A stretch of 32,000 nt of DNA from Candidatus Saccharimonadota bacterium (GTDB taxonomy: Bacteria > Pseudomonadota > Gammaproteobacteria > Enterobacterales > Enterobacteriaceae): the NCBI GenBank assembly GCA_049942965.1, contig CP188088.1, forward strand, positions 480,001 through 512,000. Reading direction: 5' to 3'. Positions 30,423-32,000 of this stretch are shown here, in pieces (the stretch's first letter is position 1; every line of letters starts with the position of its first letter). A program made the position numbers and the translations under genes. The notes under the pieces were generated by a model. The model made no database searches. It had not been told where the DNA came from and was given only the letters and a program-made list of their open reading frames with translations.

Positions 30423-30469
30423 TCCAGGTTGTTATCATATAAAAAAACTATATAAAAAAACAACCTGGA
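30423..30469 (-). terminator. Candidate terminator downstream of groEL
   Basis: The 11-nt perfect arms tccaggttgtt (30423-30433) and aacaacctgga (30459-30469) flank a 25-nt A/T loop. On the minus strand the structure is followed by TTTCTGTATTTTATTTTTTT. It lies 63 nt after the groEL stop. The long loop is atypical for an intrinsic terminator. Confidence 0.5.
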
Positions 30470-30532
30470 AAAGAAAAAAAACTTTAAGAATAATTAATTA
30501 CAAGTAGCTTTTTTGTTCGTTACTTGTGTACT

Positions 30533-32000
30533 TTACATCATTCCACCCATGCCACCCATTCCTCCTTGAGAAGGTACATTTAAATCCGATTTTTCTTCTT
30601 TTGGTAGATCAGTAACCATACATTCAGTCGTAATCATTAAACCTGCTACAGAAGCAGCATATTGTAAAGCTGATCTTGTTACTTTAGTAGGATCCAGTAT
30701 ACCAAATTTTATCATATCTCCATATTCATCAGTAGCTGCATTATATCCATAATTTCCAATTCCATCTTTAACGTTATTTGTAACAACAGAAGGTTCTTCA
30801 CCTGAATTAGAAACAATTTGACGTAATGGAGCTTCCATTGCTCTTAATGCAACTCTAATACCTACATTTTGATCTTCATTTTGACCATTAATTTTTGATA
30901 TTTTTTGAGCTACTCTTACTAATGCAACTCCACCACCAGGAACCACTCCTTCTTCAACAGCAGCTCTTGTAGCGTGTAAAGCATCTTCAACACGAGCTTT
31001 CTTTTCTTTCATTTCTACTTCAGTTGCAGCACCTACTTTCAATACAGCTACACCACCAGACAACTTGGCTAGTCTTTCGTTTAGTTTTTCTTTATCATAA
31101 TCAGAAGTAGATTCTTGTATTTGTTGTCTAATTTGTTTAATTCTATTTTTTATATCTTTTTTAGAGCCAGATCCATCAATAATAGTTGTAGTATCTTTAG
31201 TTATAACTACTCTTTTAGCTTGCCCTAGATCTTCTAAAGTACACTTTTCTAAATCCATAGCTAATTCTTCAGAAATCAAAGTACCAGCTGTTAAAATAGA
31301 TATGTCTTGTAACATTGCTTTTCTTCGATCTCCAAATCCAGGAGCTTTTACAGCTGCTACTTTAACAATTCCACGCATTGAATTTACTACTAAAGTAGCT
31401 AAAGCTTCTCCTTCTAGATCTTCAGCAATAATTAAAAGCGGCTTACTAGATTTAGCAACAGCTTCTAATATAGGTAATAATTCTCTAATATTAGAAATTT
31501 TTTTATCAACCATTAAAACATATGGATTTTCTAATTCTACTATTCCAGTTTCTGGTTTATTAATAAAATAAGGAGATAAATATCCTCTATCAAACTGCAT
31601 TCCTTTTACTACTTCTAATTCATCTTCCAATCCAGTTCCTTCTTCTACTGTAATTACTCCATCATTTCCAACTTTTTCCATAGCTTCAGAAATCAAACTT
31701 CCAACAGTTTCATCAGCGTTAGCTGAAATAGTTCCAACTTGAGTAATTGCCTTTGAATCTAAACAAGGAACTGATAGTTCTTTTAATTCTGAAACTGCAT
31801 TAATAACAGCTTTATCAATTCCTCTTTTTAAATCCATTGGATTCATTCCAGCAGCAACAGCTTTTAATCCTTCGTTAACAATAGCTTGTGCTAATAAAGT
31901 AGCAGTAGTTGTTCCATCTCCTGCAACATCATTAGCTTTGGATGCCACTTCTTTAACCATTTGAGCACCCATGTTTTCAAATTTATCTTCTAATTCGATT
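30533..32000 (-). CDS. groEL: Chaperonin GroEL (partial; N-terminal part, roughly the first 65-70 residues, lies beyond the window end)
   Basis: The translation matches GroEL from ...[38 protein letters not shown] to the C-terminal [10 protein letters not shown] tail. The reading frame stays open to position 32000. Confidence 0.97.
   Translation of the reverse strand, partial: IELEDKFENMGAQMVKEVASKANDVAGDGTTTATLLAQAIVNEGLKAVAAGMNPMDLKRGIDKAVINAVSELKELSVPCLDSKAITQVGTISANADETVGSLISEAMEKVGNDGVITVEEGTGLEDELEVVKGMQFDRGYLSPYFINKPETGIVELENPYVLMVDKKISNIRELLPILEAVAKSSKPLLIIAEDLEGEALATLVVNSMRGIVKVAAVKAPGFGDRRKAMLQDISILTAGTLISEELAMDLEKCTLEDLGQAKRVVITKDTTTIIDGSGSKKDIKNRIKQIRQQIQESTSDYDKEKLNERLAKLSGGVAVLKVGAATEVEMKEKKARVEDALHATRAAVEEGVVPGGGVALVRVAQKISKINGQNEDQNVGIRVALRAMEAPLRQIVSNSGEEPSVVTNNVKDGIGNYGYNAATDEYGDMIKFGILDPTKVTRSALQYAASVAGLMITTECMVTDLPKEEKSDLNVPSQGGMGGMGGMM

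Overview
This 32 kb window is a gene-dense stretch (about 89% assigned by my own tally) of a strongly reduced gammaproteobacterial insect-endosymbiont chromosome. It is extremely A+T-rich, roughly four-fifths A+T by eye. The gene content and order fit Buchnera aphidicola best, but that identification is an inference and not a database hit. On the + strand the order is: argH<-argG<-argB<-argC | argE-> <-metF | tRNA-Thr(UGU), tRNA-Tyr, tRNA-Gly, tRNA-Thr(GGU) -> secE nusG rplK rplA rplJ rplL rpoB rpoC purH -> | <-metE <-yigL <-rpoH <-ftsY | rsmD dnaT dnaC -> | <-efp <-groEL (5' end off-window). I call 24 CDS and 4 tRNAs, and every CDS has an obvious E. coli ortholog with hallmark motifs visible in the translation. 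I trimmed four ORF-track starts to the conserved N-termini (argH, rpoB, purH, efp). I found no CRISPR array, mobile element, integrase, toxin-antitoxin or defence-like gene. No ORF of 60 aa or more lies outside a known gene, so I see no evidence of a novel or undescribed system here. The window looks like ordinary core genome. The second-look items are all modest. They include gene losses relative to the E. coli map (tufB, ftsEX, metR, purD, epmB slots empty), two tRNA genes without encoded CCA, and very long poly(A) tracts inside intact genes (A14 in purH; five tracts of A10 or longer in rsmD). Also of note are a perfect 19-bp tandem duplication in the rplJ leader, a conserved GC-rich hairpin between rplL and rpoB, clear terminator hairpins after metE and groEL, and overlapping convergent stop codons of argE and metF.
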